DNA from: Candidatus Latescibacterota bacterium
Lineage (GTDB): Bacteria > Latescibacterota > UBA2968
DNA: 64,000 bases
Reading direction: 5' to 3'
Assembly (NCBI GenBank): GCA_965222605.1
Contig: OZ244960.1
Span: 992,001-1,056,000, forward strand
Numbering within the stretch: the stretch's first letter is position 1; each line of letters starts with the position of its first letter. A program made the translations under genes and the position numbers. Below the pieces are notes generated by a model. The model ran no database searches. It saw only the letters and a program-made list of their open reading frames with translations, and was not told the origin of the DNA. Shown here piece after piece: positions 28,474 to 38,088 of this stretch.

Positions 28474-30993
28474 ATGGAACAGTCATCGAAGGCATTACCT
28501 GAGACACAAAAAGATCAACTGGCATTACCCTTTCAAATTTTGGGCGTGTGCTTGATCGCACTCGCGCTATTGATGGCTTTGAGCTTGCTATCGCACTCAC
28601 CAGAGGATCCGCCCAATTCGACGCGTCCTAACGAGTTGGCACAAAATCTGGTCGGGTGGCTCGGCGCACACGTATCCTACCACTTGCTATTTGGCGTGGG
28701 CTATGGTGCTTACGCACTGATCGTTTTAGTATTTGTGTGGGGATGGAACCGCCTCAGGATGTCAAGCGTCAGATCACTCGTAACGCACAGTATCATCCTA
28801 TTTTCACTGATAGTGATTTATTGCAGCGCGACAGGCGTGCTTTTTTGGGAGCGGCCCACAATGGCCTGGAAATTGGGAGGTGGGCTGGGCTTTATGCTAT
28901 CGTCTTTCCTGCTGGTGCCCTATTTGGGTACTGTTGGTTCTTATATTTCTTTGGCGACGCTATTTGTAGTGGTGTTGATGGTTACCACCGACATTCCATT
29001 TAACCGAAGCCCCAAGAGGTCTTTTTTCAAAAAGCGCGCGGAGAAGTCTGAAAATAACAGGGCATCGACCGAAGTAGCACGAGTTGAGGGCATCGACCAA
29101 GCCGAAGACATCAATCAAGTCGATAATATCGATCAAAAAAATAATAGACCTGAAAAAGAGATTGTTGCCAATTCCATTTTAGGTGATTGGAAAAAAGACG
29201 AATTGGCCGAGGTACCTGAACCTGAGATCGCCGATGACATTGATGAAGAAGACATTGATGAATTGTTGGAGAAGACAAAAAAAGAGACTATTGCTGACCC
29301 CATTCCAGATATAGCTCAAGTTGATTGGAAAGAAGACGAATTGACCGAGGTGCCCAAATCTGAGATCGCCGAAGACGCTGTTGACAAGTCAGAAAAAGAT
29401 GTAGCACGGGTTGAGCCGGAAGAAAACGAATTGTCTGAGGTGGAATTTGAAATAGTAGATGAAACGCCAGAGCCTGAGCCAGAACCTGTTCCGTCAAAAC
29501 CCAAAAAGAAAATCAAGCGCAAGCGATCTTCGACATATTTGCTGCCCAATTTGAAGTTGCTGGAAGACCCCCCTCCGGGTGATGGGATGATAGACCGAAA
29601 AACCCTGTTTAAAGGGGCGCAGGTGTTGGAGCAAAGCTTGAGCAATTTTGGCGTTCAGGGCAAAGTAGTACAGGTCAACCCTGGGCCTGTTATTACGACA
29701 TACGAGGTTGCACCTCCCCCAGGCGTGAAAGTCAGCAAAATTGTTGGACTTGCAGATGATCTCGCCCTCGTTATGAAAGCGCAAAGCATTCGCATTCAGG
29801 CGCCTATTCCCGGCAAAGCTGCGGTTGGCATTGAAGTGCCCAATCCAGAACCTTATACGGTCTTCTTAAAAGAAATTTTGGAATCGCGCGCATTTGACCA
29901 GTCCGATTCAAAATTGATGCTCGGGTTCGGCAAAACAGCTTCGGGTGACCCCTATTGTGCCGATCTGGCAAAAATGCCGCATTTGTTAATTGCCGGCGCG
30001 ACCGGGGCTGGCAAGTCGGGATGTATCAATGCGTTGATTTCCAGTATTTTGTTCCGCTGCACGCCAGAAGAAGTGCGTTTTATTATGGTGGATCCCAAAA
30101 TGCTGGAATTGTCAATTTACAACGATATTCCACATCTCCTGGCTCCTGTTGTCGTCGATCCCAAAATGGCGTCGGGTGCGCTCAAATGGGCAGTATCAGA
30201 GATGGAGAACCGATATCGCACGATGGCGCAGTTTACAGCGCGCAATATTATTGATTTTAATGTCAAGATGGCGCGGCTTCGACAGGAAGCACCCACCGAG
30301 AAAGACCGCGACGAGATTCCCGATGCCTTGCCCTATATTGTCGTGGTAATTGATGAATTGGCCGATTTGATGATGACTGCACCGAGCGATATTGAAAACT
30401 CACTGGCGCGATTGGCACAAATGGCCCGAGCTGTGGGCATCCATCTCATTATCGCAACCCAGCGCCCTTCAGTGAATGTGATTACGGGTACGATCAAAGC
30501 CAATTTCCCAACGCGTATTGCATTTCGCGTGGCATCCAAGGTCGATTCGCGCACGATTATTGACGCCAATGGCGGTGAAAAACTCCTGGGTCGAGGTGAT
30601 ATGCTATTCTTGCTCCCTGGACAACCAGAACCCATTCGCCTTCACGGTGCTTGGATCGATACCGAAGAAACCGAACAATTAGTGGCCTGGGTGCGCGATC
30701 AGGGCGTCGAACTCGATAGCGTTGAATTTGAGGGCGAAAATAACGATCTTTCTGTTGCAGATAACGAGCGCGATGCTCGGTTTGATGAGGCATTGCGATT
30801 GGTGATTATCCATCAACAGGGTTCCGCATCGCTTCTGCAGCGCCGGATGAAGGTGGGATACTCGCGGGCTGCCCGCCTTGTTGATGAACTCGAAGCCGCA
30901 GGCATTGTTGGCCCGCCCAATGGATCGAGCAAGGGGCGCGAAGTCCTCGTTGACGAAGATTATTTAGAGGAACTCGAGGAGTTGGATGTATGA
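28474..30993 (+). CDS. ftsK: DNA translocase FtsK
   Basis: Four N-terminal TM segments, PHLLIAGATGAGKS, IDELADLM, ATQRPS and a gamma domain. Confidence 0.97.
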   Translation: MEQSSKALPETQKDQLALPFQILGVCLIALALLMALSLLSHSPEDPPNSTRPNELAQNLVGWLGAHVSYHLLFGVGYGAYALIVLVFVWGWNRLRMSSVRSLVTHSIILFSLIVIYCSATGVLFWERPTMAWKLGGGLGFMLSSFLLVPYLGTVGSYISLATLFVVVLMVTTDIPFNRSPKRSFFKKRAEKSENNRASTEVARVEGIDQAEDINQVDNIDQKNNRPEKEIVANSILGDWKKDELAEVPEPEIADDIDEEDIDELLEKTKKETIADPIPDIAQVDWKEDELTEVPKSEIAEDAVDKSEKDVARVEPEENELSEVEFEIVDETPEPEPEPVPSKPKKKIKRKRSSTYLLPNLKLLEDPPPGDGMIDRKTLFKGAQVLEQSLSNFGVQGKVVQVNPGPVITTYEVAPPPGVKVSKIVGLADDLALVMKAQSIRIQAPIPGKAAVGIEVPNPEPYTVFLKEILESRAFDQSDSKLMLGFGKTASGDPYCADLAKMPHLLIAGATGAGKSGCINALISSILFRCTPEEVRFIMVDPKMLELSIYNDIPHLLAPVVVDPKMASGALKWAVSEMENRYRTMAQFTARNIIDFNVKMARLRQEAPTEKDRDEIPDALPYIVVVIDELADLMMTAPSDIENSLARLAQMARAVGIHLIIATQRPSVNVITGTIKANFPTRIAFRVASKVDSRTIIDANGGEKLLGRGDMLFLLPGQPEPIRLHGAWIDTEETEQLVAWVRDQGVELDSVEFEGENNDLSVADNERDARFDEALRLVIIHQQGSASLLQRRMKVGYSRAARLVDELEAAGIVGPPNGSSKGREVLVDEDYLEELEELDV

Positions 30994-31682
30994 TGTGCAA
31001 AGTGCAAAATGCAGCACTCCACAAGCGCAGCCTGTATAAGTTTCTCGCTATTCTCGGTATCTTATTTTTCACGGAAACTGTGCAGGCCGATACACGCGGT
31101 TCAGAGGTGGTTGCGAAATTGCAAAAAAAATTTGCGGATCTCGAGACGCTTTCCGCTCACTTTGTCAAGCAACACTACTGGCGCGTAATGGACCAGCATC
31201 AAGAAGTCAAAGGCAAGTTGCTGGTTCAACGCCCCGACCAGTTTCGAATGGATTCGGATGTACAGGTGGTGGTGAGCGATGGCAAAACCGTATGGCATTA
31301 CGCGCCTGCTAATGCCCAGGTCCTGGTGAGCGATTACACCGCGATGGAAAATGATCGCAACTATGAGAAATTGTTATTTGATCTGATTTTTTGGGGCGGG
31401 TACGACAAAAATTATGTGCCCGTTTATGTGGGCGAAAAAAAGATACATCGCAAGACTTGTTACGCCGTTGATCTATTGGCAAAAAAGGAAGATACGTATA
31501 TCCATAAAATTCGCCTGTGGATAGACAAACGCCTATATCTGGTGCGGCAGGTAGAATATCGAAACATCCACGAGGATGTGACAACATTTGTGTTGTCGGA
31601 CTTGAAAGTAAATAAAAAAGCCAAGCCCGATCAATTTACATTTCACGTACCCAGCGGAGTGGAATTGATCGATTTGCGCTAA
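30990..31682 (+). CDS. lolA: Outer-membrane lipoprotein carrier LolA family
   Basis: RPDQFR, VSDGKTVW and FTFHVPSGVE motifs; lies directly after ftsK. Confidence 0.85.
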   Translation: MMCKVQNAALHKRSLYKFLAILGILFFTETVQADTRGSEVVAKLQKKFADLETLSAHFVKQHYWRVMDQHQEVKGKLLVQRPDQFRMDSDVQVVVSDGKTVWHYAPANAQVLVSDYTAMENDRNYEKLLFDLIFWGGYDKNYVPVYVGEKKIHRKTCYAVDLLAKKEDTYIHKIRLWIDKRLYLVRQVEYRNIHEDVTTFVLSDLKVNKKAKPDQFTFHVPSGVELIDLR

Positions 31683-31687
31683 TCATA

Positions 31688-31779
31688 AGCGATCAGCGAT
31701 CAGCTTTTAGCCCCTTCTCATCTGCCCCACTGCAACATCGCTGATTGGCCTGTTTTGCTGACTGCTGAAAGCTAACTGA
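31688..31779. repeat. Inverted arrays of heptamer repeats
   Basis: agc-gatcagc-gatcagc-ttttagc on the left; gctgact-gctgaaa-gctaact on the right. Confidence 0.6.
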
Positions 31780-31791
31780 AAGGAACAAATA

Positions 31792-32908
31792 ATGGCTGTG
31801 GAAATTCAGGTGCGTGAAATTCAAGACGCGCTATCCGGTTATAGCGCGCGCGTGGATAAACTCGGGAGGTATCTTTGACCTCGATCAAAGACGGGCAAAA
31901 ATTGCCGAATTTGAAAAACTCATGGAATCACCAGATTTCTGGAATAACCGCGACAATGCACAACAAATTATCGACGCCTGTAACGCGGAAAAATACTGGG
32001 TTGAAAATTGGGGAAATTTAAATGAGCAAGCGGGCGATTTGGATGTATTTTTTCAATTGGCGTGCGAAGAGGACGATGCCGAATCTCTGTCGGAAGTCGC
32101 CGCCGAATTGCCCGAGGTTGGCGCAGCTTTAGACGCGCTTGAATTGCAGCACATGTTGGGCGATCGAGGAGATCGCAACGACGCGATATTGACCATTCAT
32201 CCGGGTGCTGGAGGTACCGAAGCGGCAGACTGGGCGCAAATGTTGATGCGTATGTACACGCGATGGGCTGAGCGGCGCGGGTTTCACACCAGTGTTCTGG
32301 ATACGCTTCCCGGCGAAACAGCCGGGATAAAGAGTGCGACAATTGAAGTGAAAGGCGATTACGCTTTTGGCTATCTCAAGTCCGAATCTGGGGTACATAG
32401 ACTGGTGCGGATTTCGCCTTATGATTCCAACAATCGGCGCCATACGTCGTTTGCGTCCGTTTTTGTTTATCCCGACGCCGGAGGCGATATCGAGGTGGAG
32501 ATCAATCCCAATGATTTAAAAGTGGATACCTATCGCGCTGGGGGTGCCGGCGGACAACACGTGAACAAGACCGATTCCGCGGTGCGTATTACCCACGAAC
32601 CCACGGGGATTGTGGTGCAATGCCAAAACGAGCGTTCTCAGCACAAGAATCGCAATACGGCCATGAAAATTCTCAAGGCGCGATTGTATCAACACATGCG
32701 GGAAGAAGAAGACAAAAAACGCGCCAAACTCGAAAGCACAAAAAAGCGCATTGAATGGGGCAGTCAAATCCGCAATTACGTTTTTCAGCCCTATCAAATG
32801 GTGAAAGACGCGCGAACGGGCTTTGAGACATCGGATGTTTCGGGGGTTATAGATGGCGACCTCGACCCGTTTATCCGCGCATATTTATTGTCGTCGCGCT
32901 CCGCGTGA
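31792..32908 (+). CDS. prfB: Peptide chain release factor 2 with programmed +1 frameshift
   Basis: ATG at 31792 reads MAVEIQ...GRYL; internal SD GGGAGG then CTT TGA C (31873-31879); the +1 frame carries SPY and GGQ motifs. Confidence 0.97.
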
Positions 32909-32946
32909 ACTGAGTTTTAAGCGGTGCTTGCAGGCGGGCAACGCGC

Positions 32947-32975
32947 TTGACTTGAATATATATATTGGTTATAGT
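32947..32975 (+). promoter_or_regulatory. Sigma70 promoter for lysS
   Basis: TTGACT-17 bp-TATAGT. Confidence 0.65.
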
Positions 32976-33035
32976 TTAACAACCTTCACAACGTTTAATC
33001 TTATAGGTATTTAAAGGGGTTGGGAGGCTCCAATT

Positions 33036-34568
33036 TTGACTCGGGTTGTGGGACAAACGCCAGAATCTCAATTGATCGAACAGCGCCTGCAAAAACTCGA
33101 CGCCATTCGGGATTTGGGCATTGAGCCTTATCCGTATCGCTTTGAGCCCACGCACTATTCTGTGGATATTGTCGCGTCTTTTGATGCGCTGAACGCATCG
33201 GGCGACGAGGTGCGGGTTGCCGGTCGATTGATTGTTACACGCGGTCATGGCAAAGCGGCCTTTGCCGATTTGCGGGATGCCAAGGGCCGCCTTCAAATTT
33301 ATGTGCGGCTCGACAATGTTGGCGAGGATGCTTTCGCACTGTGGAAATTGCTGGATATTGGCGATTTTATCGGCGTATCTGGTCAAGTTTTCAAGACGCG
33401 CACCGGTCAAATATCCATTCAGGTTCAAACGCTCGTATTGTTGACCAAAGCCATTCGTCCGCTGCCCGTTCCAAAAGAAGAAATACGCGATGGCGAGCGC
33501 GTTGTACACGATCAATTTAGCGACAAAGAACTGAGATATCGCCGTCGTTATCTGGACCTGGCACTCAATCCCGATGTGCAGGCGGTATTTCGCAAGCGCA
33601 GCGCAGTCGTATCTGCGATGCGAGATTTTTTAGATACACGCGGTTTTTTAGAAGTCGAAACACCAGTGTTGCAGCCGCTCTACGGCGGGGCTTCGGCCCG
33701 TCCTTTTGTGACGCATCACAACGTGCTGGACATGCCGCTATATCTGCGGATATCCGATGAATTGTATCTCAAGCGTTTGATCGTGGGCGGGCTTGAAAGG
33801 GTGTATGAAATCGGCAAAAATTTTCGCAATGAGGGCATCGACCGAACTCATAACCCCGAGTTTTCGATGCTCGAATTGTATCAGGCTTACGCCGATTATT
33901 CAGATATGATGGCAATAGCCGAGGCACTCTACGCCTTTGTGGCCGAAAAGGTGAATGGCTCGACAATGCTCGAATACCAGGGGCGAGAAATTGATCTTTC
34001 ACCTCCCTGGCCGCGCATTCCCATGCTCGACGCCATCGAAAGATACGGCGGTATTGATGTGGCGCGGTCCTCAGATGCCGACCTGCGTGCTGCGTGCAAG
34101 CGTTTTGATTCTGATATTGAACCGGGTGCAGAGCGCGGGTTGTTGATCAATGCGTTGTTTGAAGCGTGTGTCGAGCCTGAATTGATTCAGCCAACCTTTA
34201 TTACCGACTATCCCATTGCGGTGTCTCCCCTGGCCAAACGCCATCGGACCAAAAAAGACCTCACCGAGCGGTTTGAAATTTTTATCAATGGTTGGGAAGC
34301 GGGCAATGCATTTTCGGAACTGAACGATCCGATTGATCAGCGGCAGCGGTTCGCTCATCAAAAAACCTTGCGCGATCGGGGCGACGACGAGGCACAGGTT
34401 CTCGATGAAGATTTTTTGATGGCTCTGGAACACGGGATGCCGCCGACGGGTGGATTGGGCATTGGTGTTGATCGGCTGGTGATGTTGCTCGCAGACGCGC
34501 CTTCGATTCGAGACGCGATTCTGTTTCCTCACATGCGCCCTAAAGAGGGCCTTGACGACCATGGATGA
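33036..34568 (+). CDS. lysS: Lysine--tRNA ligase (class II)
   Basis: RYRRRYLDL, GGASARPF, FRNEG and GMPPTGGLGIG motifs. Confidence 0.98.
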   Translation: MTRVVGQTPESQLIEQRLQKLDAIRDLGIEPYPYRFEPTHYSVDIVASFDALNASGDEVRVAGRLIVTRGHGKAAFADLRDAKGRLQIYVRLDNVGEDAFALWKLLDIGDFIGVSGQVFKTRTGQISIQVQTLVLLTKAIRPLPVPKEEIRDGERVVHDQFSDKELRYRRRYLDLALNPDVQAVFRKRSAVVSAMRDFLDTRGFLEVETPVLQPLYGGASARPFVTHHNVLDMPLYLRISDELYLKRLIVGGLERVYEIGKNFRNEGIDRTHNPEFSMLELYQAYADYSDMMAIAEALYAFVAEKVNGSTMLEYQGREIDLSPPWPRIPMLDAIERYGGIDVARSSDADLRAACKRFDSDIEPGAERGLLINALFEACVEPELIQPTFITDYPIAVSPLAKRHRTKKDLTERFEIFINGWEAGNAFSELNDPIDQRQRFAHQKTLRDRGDDEAQVLDEDFLMALEHGMPPTGGLGIGVDRLVMLLADAPSIRDAILFPHMRPKEGLDDHG

Positions 34569-35235
34569 GTTGCTTCGCGCAACAGGTGTTTGCAAGCACT
34601 ATGTCTTGGGGGACACCTATATTGAGGTGCTCAAAGGGGTTGACTTCGGGGTTGTTCGCGGCGAAATTGTGGCAGTGGTTGGTGCTTCGGGTGTTGGAAA
34701 GAGTACTTTGTTGCACATTATGGGCGGGTTAGACCATCCGGCTTCGGGGACGGTTGTCATCGATGGCGTCGATATATTTGCCCTTTCAGATACTGATCGC
34801 GCCAAATTTCGCAACCGCCAGATTGGGTTTGTTTTTCAGTTTCACCACTTATTGCGCGATTTTACCGCGCTTGAAAACGTGATGATGCCCCTGATGATTG
34901 CCGGCATTTCGTCCGATGAAGCGCGGGTACCCGCACAAAAACTGCTCCGTGATGTCGGTCTGGAAAAGCGGCTTGCACATTTGCCTTCCGAACTTTCTGG
35001 CGGGGAAGCACAGCGCGTTGCTGTTGCGCGGGCATTGGTGACAAAACCCGCTGTTATTCTGGCTGACGAGCCTTCTGGTAATCTCGATGTAGCGCGCAGT
35101 GCAGAGCTTCACGCATTAATATGGGAGCTTGCCAGAACCCGGCAGCAAACGTGTATTATTGTAACACACGACCAGCATCTGGCCGCTCGCGCTGATCGGG
35201 TGGTCGAAATGGAAGACGGTCGTCTCGTTGCTTGA
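34561..35235 (+). CDS. lolD: LolD-like ABC ATP-binding protein
   Basis: [23 protein letters not shown] and DEPSGNLD motifs. Confidence 0.85.
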   Translation: MDELLRATGVCKHYVLGDTYIEVLKGVDFGVVRGEIVAVVGASGVGKSTLLHIMGGLDHPASGTVVIDGVDIFALSDTDRAKFRNRQIGFVFQFHHLLRDFTALENVMMPLMIAGISSDEARVPAQKLLRDVGLEKRLAHLPSELSGGEAQRVAVARALVTKPAVILADEPSGNLDVARSAELHALIWELARTRQQTCIIVTHDQHLAARADRVVEMEDGRLVA

Positions 35236-35268
35236 ATAACAAAGCGTGTGGGACCAAAAGAAACAGTG

Positions 35269-35297
35269 TTGAGTTTTCCTTTATAAACTGTTATAAT
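35269..35297 (+). promoter_or_regulatory. Sigma70 promoter for clpC
   Basis: TTGAGT-17 bp-TATAAT with extended TG. Confidence 0.7.
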
Positions 35298-35355
35298 GGG
35301 AATCAAAATCACGCTTCGCCAGATTTCTCAAGCGGTCAGGCGAGAGGAGTATTCG

Positions 35356-37947
35356 ATGAACAGTATGTTTTCAGACCAGGTAAAGCAGGTCATGCAACTC
35401 GCTCGCGAAGAAGCAGCGCGCCTGGGACACAATTACATAGGAACCGAACATTTGCTGCTGGGCATCATACGCGGGGGCAAAAGTACGGCCGTTCAGGTAC
35501 TGACAAATCTGAACTTAAATCTCGAAAGTATCAAGCAATCCATCGACGATTTTGTCGCTTCTTCCGGCAGTTCAATGACGATGGGCGAAGTGCCTTTTAC
35601 GCCCCGCGCAAAGCAAATTCTCGAAATTGCAGCCAATGAAGCCAAAGAAATGAAGAGCCGAGTCGTGAGAACCAGCCATCTGCTGTTGGCTCTGTTGAAA
35701 GATAAAGACGGAGTTGCCGCACAGATTTTGGTCACATTCGGCGTAGATCACAGAACCGCCAAGGAGGAGGTGATTGCCGTTTTGCAAGGAAAATCTTCGT
35801 CGGGTAGGCGCGAAAAAAGAAAAAGCAAAACGCCTTTCCTCGATCATTTCGGACGCGATTTAACCGATCTGGCGCGGCAGGGCAAATTGGATCCGACCAT
35901 TGGTCGTGATCGCGAAATCGAACGGGTGTCACAGGTGCTGGCCAGACGCAAAAAAAACAACCCGGTGCTGGTGGGCGAACCCGGCGTGGGTAAAACGCAG
36001 ATCATTGAAGGATTGGCGCAGCGCATTGTGGGACGGCGGGTCCCACAAATTTTGCTGGATAAGCGCGTGGTCACGCTCGATATGGGCGGCATTGTCGCCG
36101 GCACAAAATACCGCGGGCAGTTTGAAGAGCGTCTGAAAGCCGTGATGAATGAACTTCAGCAAAGCCAGAATGTGATTATTTTTATCGATGAGTTGCACAC
36201 CATTGTCGGCGCCGGCAGTGCCGAGGGTACGCTGGATGCGTCCAATATGTTTAAACCCTCTCTCTCCCGCGGCGAATTGCAGTGCATTGGTGCAACGACC
36301 TTAGACGAATATCGAAAATATATTGAAAAGGATGGCGCACTCGAGCGGCGTTTCCAGACGATTGTGGTCGATGCCCCTTCAGTGGATGAGACCATTGAAA
36401 TTCTCAAGGGCCTGAAAGACAGTTATGAGACACATCACAAAGTGTCTTTCTTACCCGAAGCTGTCGAAGCAGCTGCGAGAATGGCCGACCGCTATATCAG
36501 CGATCGGCACTTGCCCGACAAGGCCATCGATGTGATCGATGAAACGGGAGCGCGGGTGCGATTGTCCCGCCTCAATCCCCCCGAAGAGATCAAAGAAATC
36601 GAGATGGCTATTGGCGAGATTACGCACAAAAAAGATAAAGCTGCAGAAAATCAGCAATTTGAAGAGGCGGCCAGCCTGCGCGACCGCGAGCGGGAACTCA
36701 AAAGCGAACTCGAAAATATGCGTCAGGCGTGGGAAGTGCAGGTGACAGATGATGTGGTTGAAGTGACAGAAGAACATATTGCCGAAGTGATTTCGAGCAT
36801 GACGGGCATTCCCGTGTTTCGTCTGGCACAGGCCGAGTCCGAAAGACTGATCAACATGGCGTCCGAGTTGCAAAAGCGGGTGATCGGTCAAGAGGAAGCG
36901 GTTTCTACGGTATGTCGCTCCATTCGGCGCACGCGCGCGGGCCTCAAAGATCCCAATCGCCCAATCGGCACGTTTTTGTTCCTCGGCCCCACAGGTATTG
37001 GCAAAACGTATTTGGCGCAAGCACTGGCGCAGTATCTGTTTGACGATGAAGATGCACTCGTAACCGTAGATATGTCGGAATATATGGAAAAATTTGCAGT
37101 ATCTCGGCTCGTTGGTGCACCACCTGGTTATGTGGGATACGATGAGGGCGGACAGCTAACAGAGAAAGTGCGCCGGCGTCCCTATTCGGTGGTTTTGCTC
37201 GATGAAATTGAAAAAGCCCATCCCGATGTGTTTAATATTCTCTTGCAGGTGTTGGATGAAGGGCGTTTGACAGATAGTTTTGGGCGCAAGGTAAATTTCA
37301 AAAATACCATTCTGATTATGACATCCAATCTGGGAACCAGAGATCTTCAACAGGCAGGGGGTTTGGGATTTGGCCGGTCAGACAAAAAATCGATCCGGGA
37401 AAAAATGGAAGAGCGCATCAACGAAGAAGTCAAAAAGACATTTAATCCCGAGTTTATCAACCGCCTGGATGAAACGGTGATTTTCAATCCGCTGGACCGA
37501 AAGGAAATTATTCAGATCGTCGATATCGAGCTTGGAAAAATTCTCGCTCGCGTTGCAGAACGCGATATCGAAGTACACCTCACACAGGGAGCCAAGAGTT
37601 TGATCGCCGAGAAAGGCTATGATCCGACGTATGGCGCGCGGCATCTGCGACGCGCCATTCAAAAGATGATTGAAGATCCCATGGCCGAAGAGATCATTCT
37701 GGGCCATTTTGTGGATGGCTGTAAGGTTCGGGTGAGCAAAAAAGGCGATACACTCAACTTTGAGGGAGATTCTATCGCGAAAGAAGAATCGAAAGACACG
37801 GCCGAGGTTCAGATGAGCAAAAAAGACAATACGCTCAACTTCGCCGATGAAAGCGAGGCGGATGATCTTGATAAAAAAGTTGAAGACCAGGACAAATCGG
37901 GAGATCCCGTCGGTGAAGAAGAAGTGGTAAATAGGGACAAAGCATGA
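35356..37947 (+). CDS. clpC: ATP-dependent Clp protease ATPase ClpC
   Basis: Clp-N repeats, two AAA modules ([16 protein letters not shown]), UVR linker and LGF loop; ATG after GAGGAG. Confidence 0.95.
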   Translation: MNSMFSDQVKQVMQLAREEAARLGHNYIGTEHLLLGIIRGGKSTAVQVLTNLNLNLESIKQSIDDFVASSGSSMTMGEVPFTPRAKQILEIAANEAKEMKSRVVRTSHLLLALLKDKDGVAAQILVTFGVDHRTAKEEVIAVLQGKSSSGRREKRKSKTPFLDHFGRDLTDLARQGKLDPTIGRDREIERVSQVLARRKKNNPVLVGEPGVGKTQIIEGLAQRIVGRRVPQILLDKRVVTLDMGGIVAGTKYRGQFEERLKAVMNELQQSQNVIIFIDELHTIVGAGSAEGTLDASNMFKPSLSRGELQCIGATTLDEYRKYIEKDGALERRFQTIVVDAPSVDETIEILKGLKDSYETHHKVSFLPEAVEAAARMADRYISDRHLPDKAIDVIDETGARVRLSRLNPPEEIKEIEMAIGEITHKKDKAAENQQFEEAASLRDRERELKSELENMRQAWEVQVTDDVVEVTEEHIAEVISSMTGIPVFRLAQAESERLINMASELQKRVIGQEEAVSTVCRSIRRTRAGLKDPNRPIGTFLFLGPTGIGKTYLAQALAQYLFDDEDALVTVDMSEYMEKFAVSRLVGAPPGYVGYDEGGQLTEKVRRRPYSVVLLDEIEKAHPDVFNILLQVLDEGRLTDSFGRKVNFKNTILIMTSNLGTRDLQQAGGLGFGRSDKKSIREKMEERINEEVKKTFNPEFINRLDETVIFNPLDRKEIIQIVDIELGKILARVAERDIEVHLTQGAKSLIAEKGYDPTYGARHLRRAIQKMIEDPMAEEIILGHFVDGCKVRVSKKGDTLNFEGDSIAKEESKDTAEVQMSKKDNTLNFADESEADDLDKKVEDQDKSGDPVGEEEVVNRDKA

Positions 37948-38088
37948 TCGTGACGGTGCGGTCAATACCCAAACGGCCCGGGCAGCAGTCCGGGCTGTTT
38001 GTCGTACAGTCGGAACATTTTTCTTTGTTGGGCGTTTGAGGCTTACAAATCCAAAAAGGTTCTGTTTCTTAGATAGGTACTTCGCAAC

